A DNA stretch of 64,000 nt, taken from the NCBI GenBank assembly GCA_964014565.1, contig CAXGZN010000001.1, positions 175-64,174 of the forward strand, in the 5' to 3' direction. Both the position numbers and the translations under genes were made by a program. Below the pieces are notes generated by a model, which was not told where the DNA came from, did not search any database, and saw only the letters and a program-made list of their open reading frames with translations. The number at the start of each line of letters is the position of its first letter. Position 1 is the stretch's first letter. The DNA is from an uncultured Gammaproteobacteria bacterium (GTDB lineage: Bacteria; Pseudomonadota; Gammaproteobacteria; Magnimaribacterales; D2472). Shown here in pieces: positions 38,108-46,997 of the stretch.

Positions 38108-39607
38108 TTAGCTTAGAATCAAATCACAAAGAAGAGGAACTGGCCTTCCTGTTCCACCTTTTTCATTGCCTTTAACCCATGCAGTTCCGGCAATATCTAA
38201 ATGAGCCCAGCTATAGTCTTCTGTAAACTTTGATAAAAAGCATGCTGCTGTAACAGTACCAGCACCAGCACCACCTATGTTTGCTAAATCAGCAAAATTT
38301 GTTTTGGTGCAAGATTTATATTCATCCCAGAGAGGTAATTGCCACGCTCTATCGCCAGAATTTTCTCCAGCTTGTAGAATCTTATCTGCAAGTTTTTGGT
38401 CATTTGCCATTAAACCAGATGCATAGTTACCAAGAGCAACTACACATGCTCCAGTTAATGTGGCTATATCTATTACATGAGCAGGCTTATATTTCTTAAC
38501 ATACGTAAGAGCATCGCAAAGAACTAATCTTCCTTCTGCATCAGTATTAAGGATTTCAATAGTTTGTCCTGACATTGATGTTACAACATCTCCAGGTTTA
38601 GTTGCATGAGCAGAGGGCATATTCTCAGCACAAGCGAGAAGACCCACAACATTAACTTTTGCATTGAGTCTCGCTAGAGCAATCATTACGCCAAACACCG
38701 AGGCTGCTCCGCACATATCCCATTTCATTTCATCCATTGCAGGGGATGGCTTCAACGATATACCGCCAGTATCAAAGGTTATTCCTTTACCTACTAGGAC
38801 AATTGGTTTTTCACCAGCTTTTCCACCTTTATGCTCAATTGTCATCATTCTTGAAGGCTCATCACTTCCTCTTCCAACACTTAAGAAAGAACCCATTTTA
38901 AGCTTAGCCAAGTCTTTTTCATTAAAAGTTGAAATCTTTAATTTTGGAAATGGTTTTTTTAAGGCTTTAACTTTTCTTTCAATTATTCTTGGAGTACATA
39001 AATTTGCAGGCATATCGCCTAAATGCTTAGCTGCATTCATTGCTTCACCAACCGCAAAGCCAACCTTAGCCGAGGTTTTAAGCTTCTTTAAAGCTGAGGA
39101 TGTTACAGAACTCGCTATGATGGAAGCCTTTTTTAAACTAGGTTTTACAACTGTTTTATTTTTAGAGCTACCAAAAATATATGCAGATGCTTCTATTTGT
39201 CTGCAACAAACTTCGGTCAGCCAGCTTTCATCTTTCCCATCAGGACATTTGCAAGCAAACATAACAGAGATGTCCTGTTTTCCTAGAGAATTAGCTATTT
39301 TTGAAATAGATTTAAATAGATCTAACCACAGGTAGGTATCAGATTTCTCAGGAGTCTTCATAAGCAGAACTTCTTTTGATGTAACACCATCTGGACTTTG
39401 AAGATTTAGAGACTTAGCTTTTGACTTCAAGAAGGAATTTATAGATTTAAATAAACTACCCTTTGTTACTTTATCCATATGAATTAGCAATTTATTCTTT
39501 TTAGCAGACTTATCAACAAGGACTACCAAAAGAGAGGATTTATCTTTCACAAACTCTTTGCCGCTTAGATTTTTAACTGAAATGCTATTTAATACTCTGT
39601 AACTCAT
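38108..39607 (-). CDS. pepA: leucyl aminopeptidase PepA (M17)
   Basis: 499 aa with VGKGITFDTGG and NTDAEGRLVLCD. It is divergent from lptF, as in E. coli. Confidence 0.93.
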   Translation of the reverse strand: MSYRVLNSISVKNLSGKEFVKDKSSLLVVLVDKSAKKNKLLIHMDKVTKGSLFKSINSFLKSKAKSLNLQSPDGVTSKEVLLMKTPEKSDTYLWLDLFKSISKIANSLGKQDISVMFACKCPDGKDESWLTEVCCRQIEASAYIFGSSKNKTVVKPSLKKASIIASSVTSSALKKLKTSAKVGFAVGEAMNAAKHLGDMPANLCTPRIIERKVKALKKPFPKLKISTFNEKDLAKLKMGSFLSVGRGSDEPSRMMTIEHKGGKAGEKPIVLVGKGITFDTGGISLKPSPAMDEMKWDMCGAASVFGVMIALARLNAKVNVVGLLACAENMPSAHATKPGDVVTSMSGQTIEILNTDAEGRLVLCDALTYVKKYKPAHVIDIATLTGACVVALGNYASGLMANDQKLADKILQAGENSGDRAWQLPLWDEYKSCTKTNFADLANIGGAGAGTVTAACFLSKFTEDYSWAHLDIAGTAWVKGNEKGGTGRPVPLLCDLILS

Positions 39608-39669
39608 GAAATTCTCCTATTTCAACATTGTTAATATATTTATTGTAATGCATCATACTTATTAAAGGC

Positions 39670-40782
39670 ATGTTTAAAAAGAATATTCTTTATAAAAGCA
39701 TTAACCTTGAAGTTTTTAAAAACTTTTTAGGATGCTTAACCATTTTATTTATCCTTGTAGCTAGCTCAAGGTTATTAGGATATTTTGATAAATCAATTGC
39801 AGGAAATCTAGAGTCGGATTTAATCTTATCGATTCTAATTTTAAGGTCACCTGAATTTATCAATCTGCTTATACCGCTTAGTTTCTTTCTTTCAGTATTA
39901 ATTGCTCTAGGAAGGCTTTATATGGATCATGAAATTTATGCTTATCAGTCTGCAGGATATTCAAAAATGGCTTTTGTTAAGTCTTTACTCTTTCAAACAC
40001 TTTCTTTAACAGTAATTTCATTCTTTTTAAGTTTTTATGTAACTCCAGACTTTGAAAAAAGAGCAGATGAAATACTTAATTATTCCTCCATTGAAAAAAA
40101 GTTAAGATTGCTAAATGAAGATGAGCTAAGTCATATCTCAGATTCTTCATACCTTTACTTTTCTTCACGAAATGGAAATTATTTTAATCAGAGCATTTTC
40201 ATTGAAGATGATGCAAATGGAATATCAATAATTTCAGCTGAAAGACTTAAATTAATTGAAAAGAATAGAGCAACAGATTTTGAGTTCTTAAATGGAAAGA
40301 TTTTTATTGATGCTGCTTCGTCAAATTCTTTAGTAAGCTCTTTCAAAAAGTTGACTACCGATTTTAATGAAAAAGACTCAGAAGAAGAATCTTTTGAAAA
40401 AGTATTTAATATTGATGAGCTTTCAGATAAGGCCCAGTTTGAGTGGGCTCTTGCAGTTCCAATAATGATAATAAATTTAATGATTTTAGGAGTCTGTCTT
40501 ACAAATTCTGCTCCAAGACAGGGCAGAATGATTTCCTTACTACCAGGACTACTAATTTTCTTTTTATACCTCAGTACATTGATAATTTTTAGAGATGGCA
40601 TATCGGAGGATAAGTCTTTTGCATATTTTGGTATGTGGCCAGTTCACTTTTTGGTTTTACTCACGTCAATTTTTCTTTTTGTACGTGGTGACACAGTCTC
40701 TAATACCTTTTTCACAAGAACTAATATTGCCAAGGCAGTAATGGCATCAATTTTGCTAATTATTTTATTATGGTTAATTTAG
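39670..40782 (+). CDS. lptF: LPS export ABC transporter permease LptF
   Basis: 370 aa of the YjgP/YjgQ family. NSAPRQGRMISLLPGLLIFFLYL is collinear with E. coli LptF. The synteny with pepA is conserved. Confidence 0.82.
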   Translation: MFKKNILYKSINLEVFKNFLGCLTILFILVASSRLLGYFDKSIAGNLESDLILSILILRSPEFINLLIPLSFFLSVLIALGRLYMDHEIYAYQSAGYSKMAFVKSLLFQTLSLTVISFFLSFYVTPDFEKRADEILNYSSIEKKLRLLNEDELSHISDSSYLYFSSRNGNYFNQSIFIEDDANGISIISAERLKLIEKNRATDFEFLNGKIFIDAASSNSLVSSFKKLTTDFNEKDSEEESFEKVFNIDELSDKAQFEWALAVPIMIINLMILGVCLTNSAPRQGRMISLLPGLLIFFLYLSTLIIFRDGISEDKSFAYFGMWPVHFLVLLTSIFLFVRGDTVSNTFFTRTNIAKAVMASILLIILLWLI

Positions 40783-41780
40783 TAGGCATCTTTTCAAGAC
40801 ACATAATAGTAAGGACTTTTGTAATTACTTTACTAGTTTTTTTAGGCATTACTTTTCTCGATTTAATTTTCTCAATCATTGGCGATGCTGAGGACTTAAA
40901 TGAGGAATTCACTTTAAATGATTTAATCTTTACAACTTTATATAGATTATTTCATGATTCAATGGATTACGTTCAGGGATCCTGTTTATTGGGAGCCTTA
41001 ATATCACTTGGTCTTTTCAAAAGAGATGGAAATCTCACAATAATTCGTTCAAATGGATTATCTCCTATAAAAATCTCACTAATTTTTGCTCTTGGACCAA
41101 TTATCTTTTCACTTTTAATGATTTCGCTAGACAATAAGCTTTTTATACAAGCAGCTAATCATGCTGAAACCATTAATAGTCAAATCAGTAGGGATAAGCT
41201 AGATATTAAGTTTTCATGGAAAAAAGATGGAAATAAGATCCTGAGATACTCTCAAAAGAGGGAATCCGAAATATTAAATCCAACATTGATTCTTCTTGAT
41301 GAAAATGACTCAGTCAAAGAAATAATTTCTTCTGAAAAAGCAGAGGTTTCAGATGGATTGATCAAAATTGATAACTCTGAATTTAAATTCTTTCTTCCAA
41401 AAAATAAGAATTTGGATAGATCAACTGTAAAAAATATTCCAATCGGGAGCTTGAAAACTTATTTGAGAGGATCTGATGAAACTAAACTTGAAGACAAAGA
41501 AAAGAATTTTATTATCGTAGAAATCCTTAAAAGGTTACTTTTACCAATATCAGCCCTTCTTTTAATATTAACTGGATCGATATTATTTTTTAGGGATCAA
41601 AGAAATAATTCTTTTGGATCATATATTGTTGGAGGATTTCTCGGAGCTTTTATTTTTAATTTAACTCAAGAGTTTTTTTTCACCATGAGTCTAGCGATTC
41701 AATCAAATATAGTTACAATTTCGCTAATGCCATATCTATTACTTCTAATAATTTTTTATTTAACTTATAAAAGAATTTAA
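40770..41780 (+). CDS. lptG: LPS export ABC transporter permease LptG
   Basis: 336 aa of the YjgP/YjgQ family. It overlaps the end of lptF. Confidence 0.8.
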   Translation: MVNLVGIFSRHIIVRTFVITLLVFLGITFLDLIFSIIGDAEDLNEEFTLNDLIFTTLYRLFHDSMDYVQGSCLLGALISLGLFKRDGNLTIIRSNGLSPIKISLIFALGPIIFSLLMISLDNKLFIQAANHAETINSQISRDKLDIKFSWKKDGNKILRYSQKRESEILNPTLILLDENDSVKEIISSEKAEVSDGLIKIDNSEFKFFLPKNKNLDRSTVKNIPIGSLKTYLRGSDETKLEDKEKNFIIVEILKRLLLPISALLLILTGSILFFRDQRNNSFGSYIVGGFLGAFIFNLTQEFFFTMSLAIQSNIVTISLMPYLLLLIIFYLTYKRI

Positions 41781-42202
41781 TCTGAAATAATTGATGTTTT
41801 GGATAATAAATCACTAAGCGATCTATTATTTTCATTTATTCTTCTTAAAAAAAGCGGAATGCCAGCTAATGAGATTGTAAAGATATTTGATAAAAATCTT
41901 ATGATAGTCTGGATTATTGTAATCTTATTACCATCTTGTGAAACTATTCTTAATTTCCATGATGACATCCCTAAAGTTTTGCCTCCATATATCCAAAACA
42001 TAGCAAAATAGAGCCATGTACTTAAAATCACAAGACTCATTCCAATAACAGGATTAAGAGAGGATACTTCCCCAGTAAAAACAAACTTTATACCTAGAGC
42101 AAGTGAACCAACTAAAAACCAAACACCCAACATAAGAAGTGAGTCATAGATAGTTGCAGCAACTATCCTTAATAGGGAAACTTTTTTATTTGTTGGTTCC
42201 AT
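41777..42202 (-). CDS. RDD-family membrane protein
   Basis: 141 aa with three TM segments. The N-terminal RIVAATIYDSLL and the later WKLRIV..DG pattern are typical of RDD domains. Confidence 0.65.
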   Translation of the reverse strand: MEPTNKKVSLLRIVAATIYDSLLMLGVWFLVGSLALGIKFVFTGEVSSLNPVIGMSLVILSTWLYFAMFWIYGGKTLGMSSWKLRIVSQDGNKITIIQTIIRFLSNIFTISLAGIPLFLRRINENNRSLSDLLSKTSIISD

Positions 42203-42242
42203 TTTTGGTATAGTACTAAATTATTATCAAAAATAAATTATT

Positions 42243-43718
42243 ATGCATACTTCATCAGATATATTAGGTCATCCAAAAGGTTTATTTGTTTGCTTTGCAA
42301 CAGAAATGTGGGAAAGATTTTCTTACTACGGTATGAGAGCTCTTTTAATTTTGTATCTTACAAAGCACTGGGAGTTCTCAGATGCTGCAAGTTACCTTAT
42401 TTATGGAGCATATACCTCATTAGTTTACATAATGCCGGTTTTTGGGGGGATGCTAGCTGACCAAATCTTAGGATCAAAAAAAGCTGTTACCTATGGTGCA
42501 ATACTTTTAGTTTTTGGTCATTTAGGAATGACTGTGGAAAGCAATGAACAGATTTTCTATTTATCTCTGGCCTTAATTGTATCTGGTGTAGGTTTTTTAA
42601 AACCAAATATTTCAACAATGGTTGGAGCTTTATATGAGGAGGGTGATCCAAGAAGAGATTCTGGTTTTACTATCTTTTATATGGGGATCAATATTGGTGC
42701 ATTTACTGCGACACTCCTATGCGGATATCTTGGAGAAGAAATAGGTTGGGCCTGGGGCTTTGGAGCTGCTGGAATAGGAATGTTGTTGGGATTGATTATA
42801 TTTCTCTGGGGGCAAAAATATCTTGAGGGATTGGCAGAACCACCTTCTGAAAAATATAAAGAAAAGAAAGCAGGTATTACCTTTGAGAACTGGGCTTATA
42901 TTTCTGGGATCATAATGGTTTTAACAACATGGTTTCTTGTTCAGAACTCACAACTTGTTGGACAACTTCTTGGAGGGTTTGGATTCATATTTATTGGAGC
43001 TTGGTTGATGTATGCTTTATTCAAATGTGATCCTGAAGAAAGAGACCGTTTAATAGTAGTTGGGATATTAATATTATTTTCATTAATTTTCTGGGCTCTT
43101 TTTGAGCAGGCAGGATCTTCACTCAATATACTTACTGATAGAGGTGTAGACAGAGTAATTCTCGGTTGGGAAGTCCCTGCTTCAATGTTCCAATCCCTGA
43201 ACGCAGGCTTTATTTTTACAATAGCACCTCTTTTTGCTCTTCTTTGGATATCTCTTGCAAAAAGGAATATGGAGCCTTCCACTCCAATTAAGTTTTCAAT
43301 TGGGATTGTTTTTGTTGGGCTTGGTTTCTTGGCGCTTGTTTATGGAATGAAATCATCTGAGGGCCTACAGACAGGTGTAGTATGGATAATATTGATTTAT
43401 CTACTTCATACTCTAGGTGAGCTATGTCTTTCTCCGGTAGGCTTATCATCAGTAACTAAATTATCACCTCAAAGAATTGTTGGATTTATGATGGGTATGT
43501 GGTTTTTTGCATCGGCAGCTGGAAATTATGTAGCAGGATTAATTGCTAGAGCAACATCATCAGAAAGTTCTGGTGTTTCTGGAGAAGTTTATAATCTAGC
43601 TCAAAAGCAGTCATTTATAGATGTTTATACTGATGTTGGTTTAATGGCGATTGGATGCGGTATTGTTTTAGCTTTAATTACTCCATTGCTTAAGAAATTA
43701 ATGCATGGTTCCAGCTAA
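42243..43718 (+). CDS. proton-dependent oligopeptide transporter (POT/PTR2 family)
   Basis: 491 aa. The HPKGLFVCFATEMWERFSYYGMRALLILYL signature and a second PTR2 motif region are present. Confidence 0.9.
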   Translation: MHTSSDILGHPKGLFVCFATEMWERFSYYGMRALLILYLTKHWEFSDAASYLIYGAYTSLVYIMPVFGGMLADQILGSKKAVTYGAILLVFGHLGMTVESNEQIFYLSLALIVSGVGFLKPNISTMVGALYEEGDPRRDSGFTIFYMGINIGAFTATLLCGYLGEEIGWAWGFGAAGIGMLLGLIIFLWGQKYLEGLAEPPSEKYKEKKAGITFENWAYISGIIMVLTTWFLVQNSQLVGQLLGGFGFIFIGAWLMYALFKCDPEERDRLIVVGILILFSLIFWALFEQAGSSLNILTDRGVDRVILGWEVPASMFQSLNAGFIFTIAPLFALLWISLAKRNMEPSTPIKFSIGIVFVGLGFLALVYGMKSSEGLQTGVVWIILIYLLHTLGELCLSPVGLSSVTKLSPQRIVGFMMGMWFFASAAGNYVAGLIARATSSESSGVSGEVYNLAQKQSFIDVYTDVGLMAIGCGIVLALITPLLKKLMHGSS

Positions 43719-43810
43719 CAATAAAAGAGATCCTGTTAAGAAAAATATGGATAAATTCCATAAGCCAAAGACTCATAAAGATAAATCAAAATACAGTAGA
43801 AAGGAAAAGT

Positions 43811-44947
43811 TTAAACCGATTGATGAACTTTAATTAGTATCTTTTTATATATTTCTTTTAGAGTACTTAGGTCTTCAATATCAACATGTTCATCAATTTG
43901 ATGGATGGTTTTATTAAGAGGCCCAAGCTCAACTATCTCTGATCCCATTGGTGCAACCCATCTTCCATCAGATGTACCACCTCCATTATCAATTTTAGTA
44001 TCAATATTATTTATTTCCTTAATTGATGACTTCACAATATCTATGAATTCAGTTTTTGAAGTTAAAAATGGAAGGGCGCTAAGTGTCCAACTAACATCGT
44101 ATTTAAGACCTGATCTTTTTAATAATGCCTCAAACATTTCTTTTAGTCCGTCCGGAGATGACTCTGGTGAAAATCTAAAATTGAAAGTCATTTCCAAGAC
44201 TCCGGGCACTACATTTTCAGCTCCTGTTCCAGATTTAATATTTGAGACCTGAAAACTCGTCGGTTCAAAATTTTCATTACCGCGATCCCATTCCATATTC
44301 TTTAGTTCCTCTAATGTTTGACCTATCCCCAAGATCGGATTTAATGCTTGCTTTGGATATGCAACATGACCCTGGATACCATATACTTTTAGATTACCTG
44401 AAAGTGATCCTCTTCTTCCTATCCTTATAACATCACCAACTTTCTTTGATGAACTTGGTTCACCTATTAAACAGAAATCTATAAATTTATCTTTATCAAT
44501 CATCTCATTGATCACCCTGTCAACTTTCCCATTTTCTAACTTACCCTCTTCATTACTATTCAATAGAACCATAATGTTAAAAGAGGGATCTTTGTTCTCA
44601 GAAAGAAACTCTTTAAGAGCAGAAATAAAACAAGCTACACCGCCTTTCATATCAGCAGCTCCTCTTCCATAAATCTTATTATCTATAATCTCACCAGAAA
44701 AAGGTGGAACACTCCACTCACTTTCAGGACCAGGAGGAACAACATCCGTATGACCTAAAAAACAAAAAGTTTTATTTTTTGAATCTCCATTGGTAATGAT
44801 TAAGTTACTTATATTTTTATAGTTTGTTTCTTCAAAAGAAAAATCTAAACCATCAAATTGTTGCTTAATAACATCAAAGCAACCGTTGTCATTTGGACTA
44901 ACGGATTCAATTTTTATTAATTTTTTAAGAAGTTCTAAATTACTCAC
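43811..44947 (-). CDS. dapE: succinyl-diaminopimelate desuccinylase (M20)
   Basis: 378 aa. GHTDVVPPGP...PPF...GRGAADMKGG, LIGEPSS and GRRGSL..L.V.G.QGHVAYP are collinear with E. coli DapE. Confidence 0.9.
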   Translation of the reverse strand: MSNLELLKKLIKIESVSPNDNGCFDVIKQQFDGLDFSFEETNYKNISNLIITNGDSKNKTFCFLGHTDVVPPGPESEWSVPPFSGEIIDNKIYGRGAADMKGGVACFISALKEFLSENKDPSFNIMVLLNSNEEGKLENGKVDRVINEMIDKDKFIDFCLIGEPSSSKKVGDVIRIGRRGSLSGNLKVYGIQGHVAYPKQALNPILGIGQTLEELKNMEWDRGNENFEPTSFQVSNIKSGTGAENVVPGVLEMTFNFRFSPESSPDGLKEMFEALLKRSGLKYDVSWTLSALPFLTSKTEFIDIVKSSIKEINNIDTKIDNGGGTSDGRWVAPMGSEIVELGPLNKTIHQIDEHVDIEDLSTLKEIYKKILIKVHQSV

Positions 44948-45717
44948 TAAAATCTCTCTTCATCCCTTTTAGTAAGGACATCACATCCATTAGATGTAAT
45001 TGCAATTGTATGTTCCCATTGTGCTGAATTTCTTCCATCCTTTGTTTCTACCGTCCAACCATCTGAAAGTATTTTAGTATATTTTGTACCTTGATTAATC
45101 ATTGGCTCAATAGTAAAACACATTCCTTCAACAAGCTCGATTCCTGTGCCTGGTCTTCCAAAATGTAACACTTGAGGATCTTCATGATAGACCTTACCAA
45201 TTCCATGACCACAATAGTCCTCAACAACGCTATAGTGATTCTTTTCAGCATGGGACTGAATAACATGGCCTATGTCACCTAAGGTGATACCAGGTTTTGC
45301 AATTTCAATAGCTTTGTACAAACATTCTTGAGTGACTGAGACTAATTTCTCATTGTGAGCTTGGGTCTTACCAACTAAAAACATTTTTGAGGTATCTCCA
45401 TACCAACCATCCTTAAGGACTGTAACATCAATATTTACAATATCGTTGTCTTTGAGGATTTTGTGTTGATTAGGTATGCCATGACAAATAACTTGATTAA
45501 CGCTTATACATGATGTTTTTTCATAGCCGTTGTAACCAATATTAGCGGGAATGGCTTTTTGCTCATTAACAATAAAGTCATGACAAATATCATCTAGCTC
45601 CCCTGTTGATATTCCAGGTTTAACATGTTCAGTAATCATATTGAGGACATTTGCAGCAAGTTGACCAGCACTTCGCAGTTTTTCTATATCATTTTTATTT
45701 TTTATTGAAATATTCAT
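44947..45717 (-). CDS. map: type I methionine aminopeptidase
   Basis: 256 aa with the typical MetAP-I metal-ligand pattern (VCHGIP, D..V..DGW.GD, HGIG, FTIEP, QWEHT). Confidence 0.95.
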   Translation of the reverse strand: MNISIKNKNDIEKLRSAGQLAANVLNMITEHVKPGISTGELDDICHDFIVNEQKAIPANIGYNGYEKTSCISVNQVICHGIPNQHKILKDNDIVNIDVTVLKDGWYGDTSKMFLVGKTQAHNEKLVSVTQECLYKAIEIAKPGITLGDIGHVIQSHAEKNHYSVVEDYCGHGIGKVYHEDPQVLHFGRPGTGIELVEGMCFTIEPMINQGTKYTKILSDGWTVETKDGRNSAQWEHTIAITSNGCDVLTKRDEERF

Positions 45718-45872
45718 TATTTTTGATGCATATCTATAGACTAATTTTAATTAACCTTGTAAAGTACAATTTTAATGCCAGCATGTAATTTTAGCTCATT
45801 AAAATCCTCAAAAAAAATATTTTTTTATCCTATTTTTTCTTGTCAATTCTACCCAACAAGGAGTAAATCATA

Positions 45873-46997
45873 GTGTCTTTTCCATGCATTTTAGCGCTTG
45901 AGGATGGAAGCACATTTGTTGGTCAAGGTATTGGAGCTAAAAAAGTAGCAATTGGCGAAATTGTTTTCAATACTTCCATGAGTGGCTATCAAGAAATAAT
46001 AACTGATCCATCTTATTGCAAACAGATTATTACATTTACCCATCCTCATATAGGCAATACAGGTATTAATTCTGAAGATAATGAATCAGATAATATATAT
46101 GCTGAAGGAGTCGTTATAAGAAATTATATCTCTCAGCCAAGCAACTTTAGATCTGAAGAAAATCTTGATGATTTCTTGGCAAGAAATAATTCTATTGGAA
46201 TTTTTGGAATAGATACTAGACAGCTAACAATTACTTTAAGGGAAAAAGGTTCATTGAAAGCATGCATTAGTCCGATAGATGAAAATAATGATCAATCAGC
46301 AATATCTCTAGCAAAAAGCTTTGATGGTCTTGAGGGAATGGATTTAGCCAAAGAAGTAACAACTAAAAGTTTATATTCTTGGAATGAAGGAGTCTGGCCT
46401 GATTATAGAGAGTCAAAAAGCAAGCTACATATAGTTGCATATGACTATGGAATTAAAAAGAATATTTTAAGACTTCTCTCTGAGCATGTTGGTAAAGTTA
46501 CAGTTGTAAACGCAAGATGCTCTTTTGATGAGGTTCTAAAGATGAATCCAGATGGCATTTTTTTATCAAATGGACCTGGTGATCCAGAGCCATGCGATTA
46601 TGCTATTGAAAATATTAAAAGGGCACTTAGTGAAAATATTCCCATATTTGGGATCTGCCTAGGTCATCAGCTATTAGCGCTTGCGGGCGGAGCAAAGACT
46701 GAAAAAATGAAATTTGGTCATCATGGGGCAAATCATCCTGTTCAATCTTTAAACTCTAAGGAAGTATTCATAACGAGTCAAAATCATGGCTTTGCTGTAA
46801 ATGAGGATTCATTGCCAAATAATATTGAGATTTCTCATGTATCACTTTTTGATCAATCTATTCAGGGTATTTCTTTCAAAGATAAGCCTGCATTTAGTTT
46901 TCAAGGACACCCTGAAGCAAGTCCAGGCCCCCAAGATATAGTTAGTTTATTTAAGCAATTTAAAGAAATGATAGATAAAAATGCCAAAAAGAAATGA
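45873..46997 (+). CDS. carA: carbamoyl-phosphate synthase small (glutaminase) subunit
   Basis: 374 aa with a GTG start 9 nt after the AAGGAG Shine-Dalgarno sequence. [10 protein letters not shown] and the GICLGHQLL catalytic Cys motif are present. Confidence 0.95.
   Translation: MSFPCILALEDGSTFVGQGIGAKKVAIGEIVFNTSMSGYQEIITDPSYCKQIITFTHPHIGNTGINSEDNESDNIYAEGVVIRNYISQPSNFRSEENLDDFLARNNSIGIFGIDTRQLTITLREKGSLKACISPIDENNDQSAISLAKSFDGLEGMDLAKEVTTKSLYSWNEGVWPDYRESKSKLHIVAYDYGIKKNILRLLSEHVGKVTVVNARCSFDEVLKMNPDGIFLSNGPGDPEPCDYAIENIKRALSENIPIFGICLGHQLLALAGGAKTEKMKFGHHGANHPVQSLNSKEVFITSQNHGFAVNEDSLPNNIEISHVSLFDQSIQGISFKDKPAFSFQGHPEASPGPQDIVSLFKQFKEMIDKNAKKK

Noticed and set aside
38664-39335. A long (223-aa) plus-strand ORF.
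   Set aside because: It is entirely antisense to pepA, whose M17 motifs are unambiguous. It is a mirror-frame artefact without start context or family resemblance.
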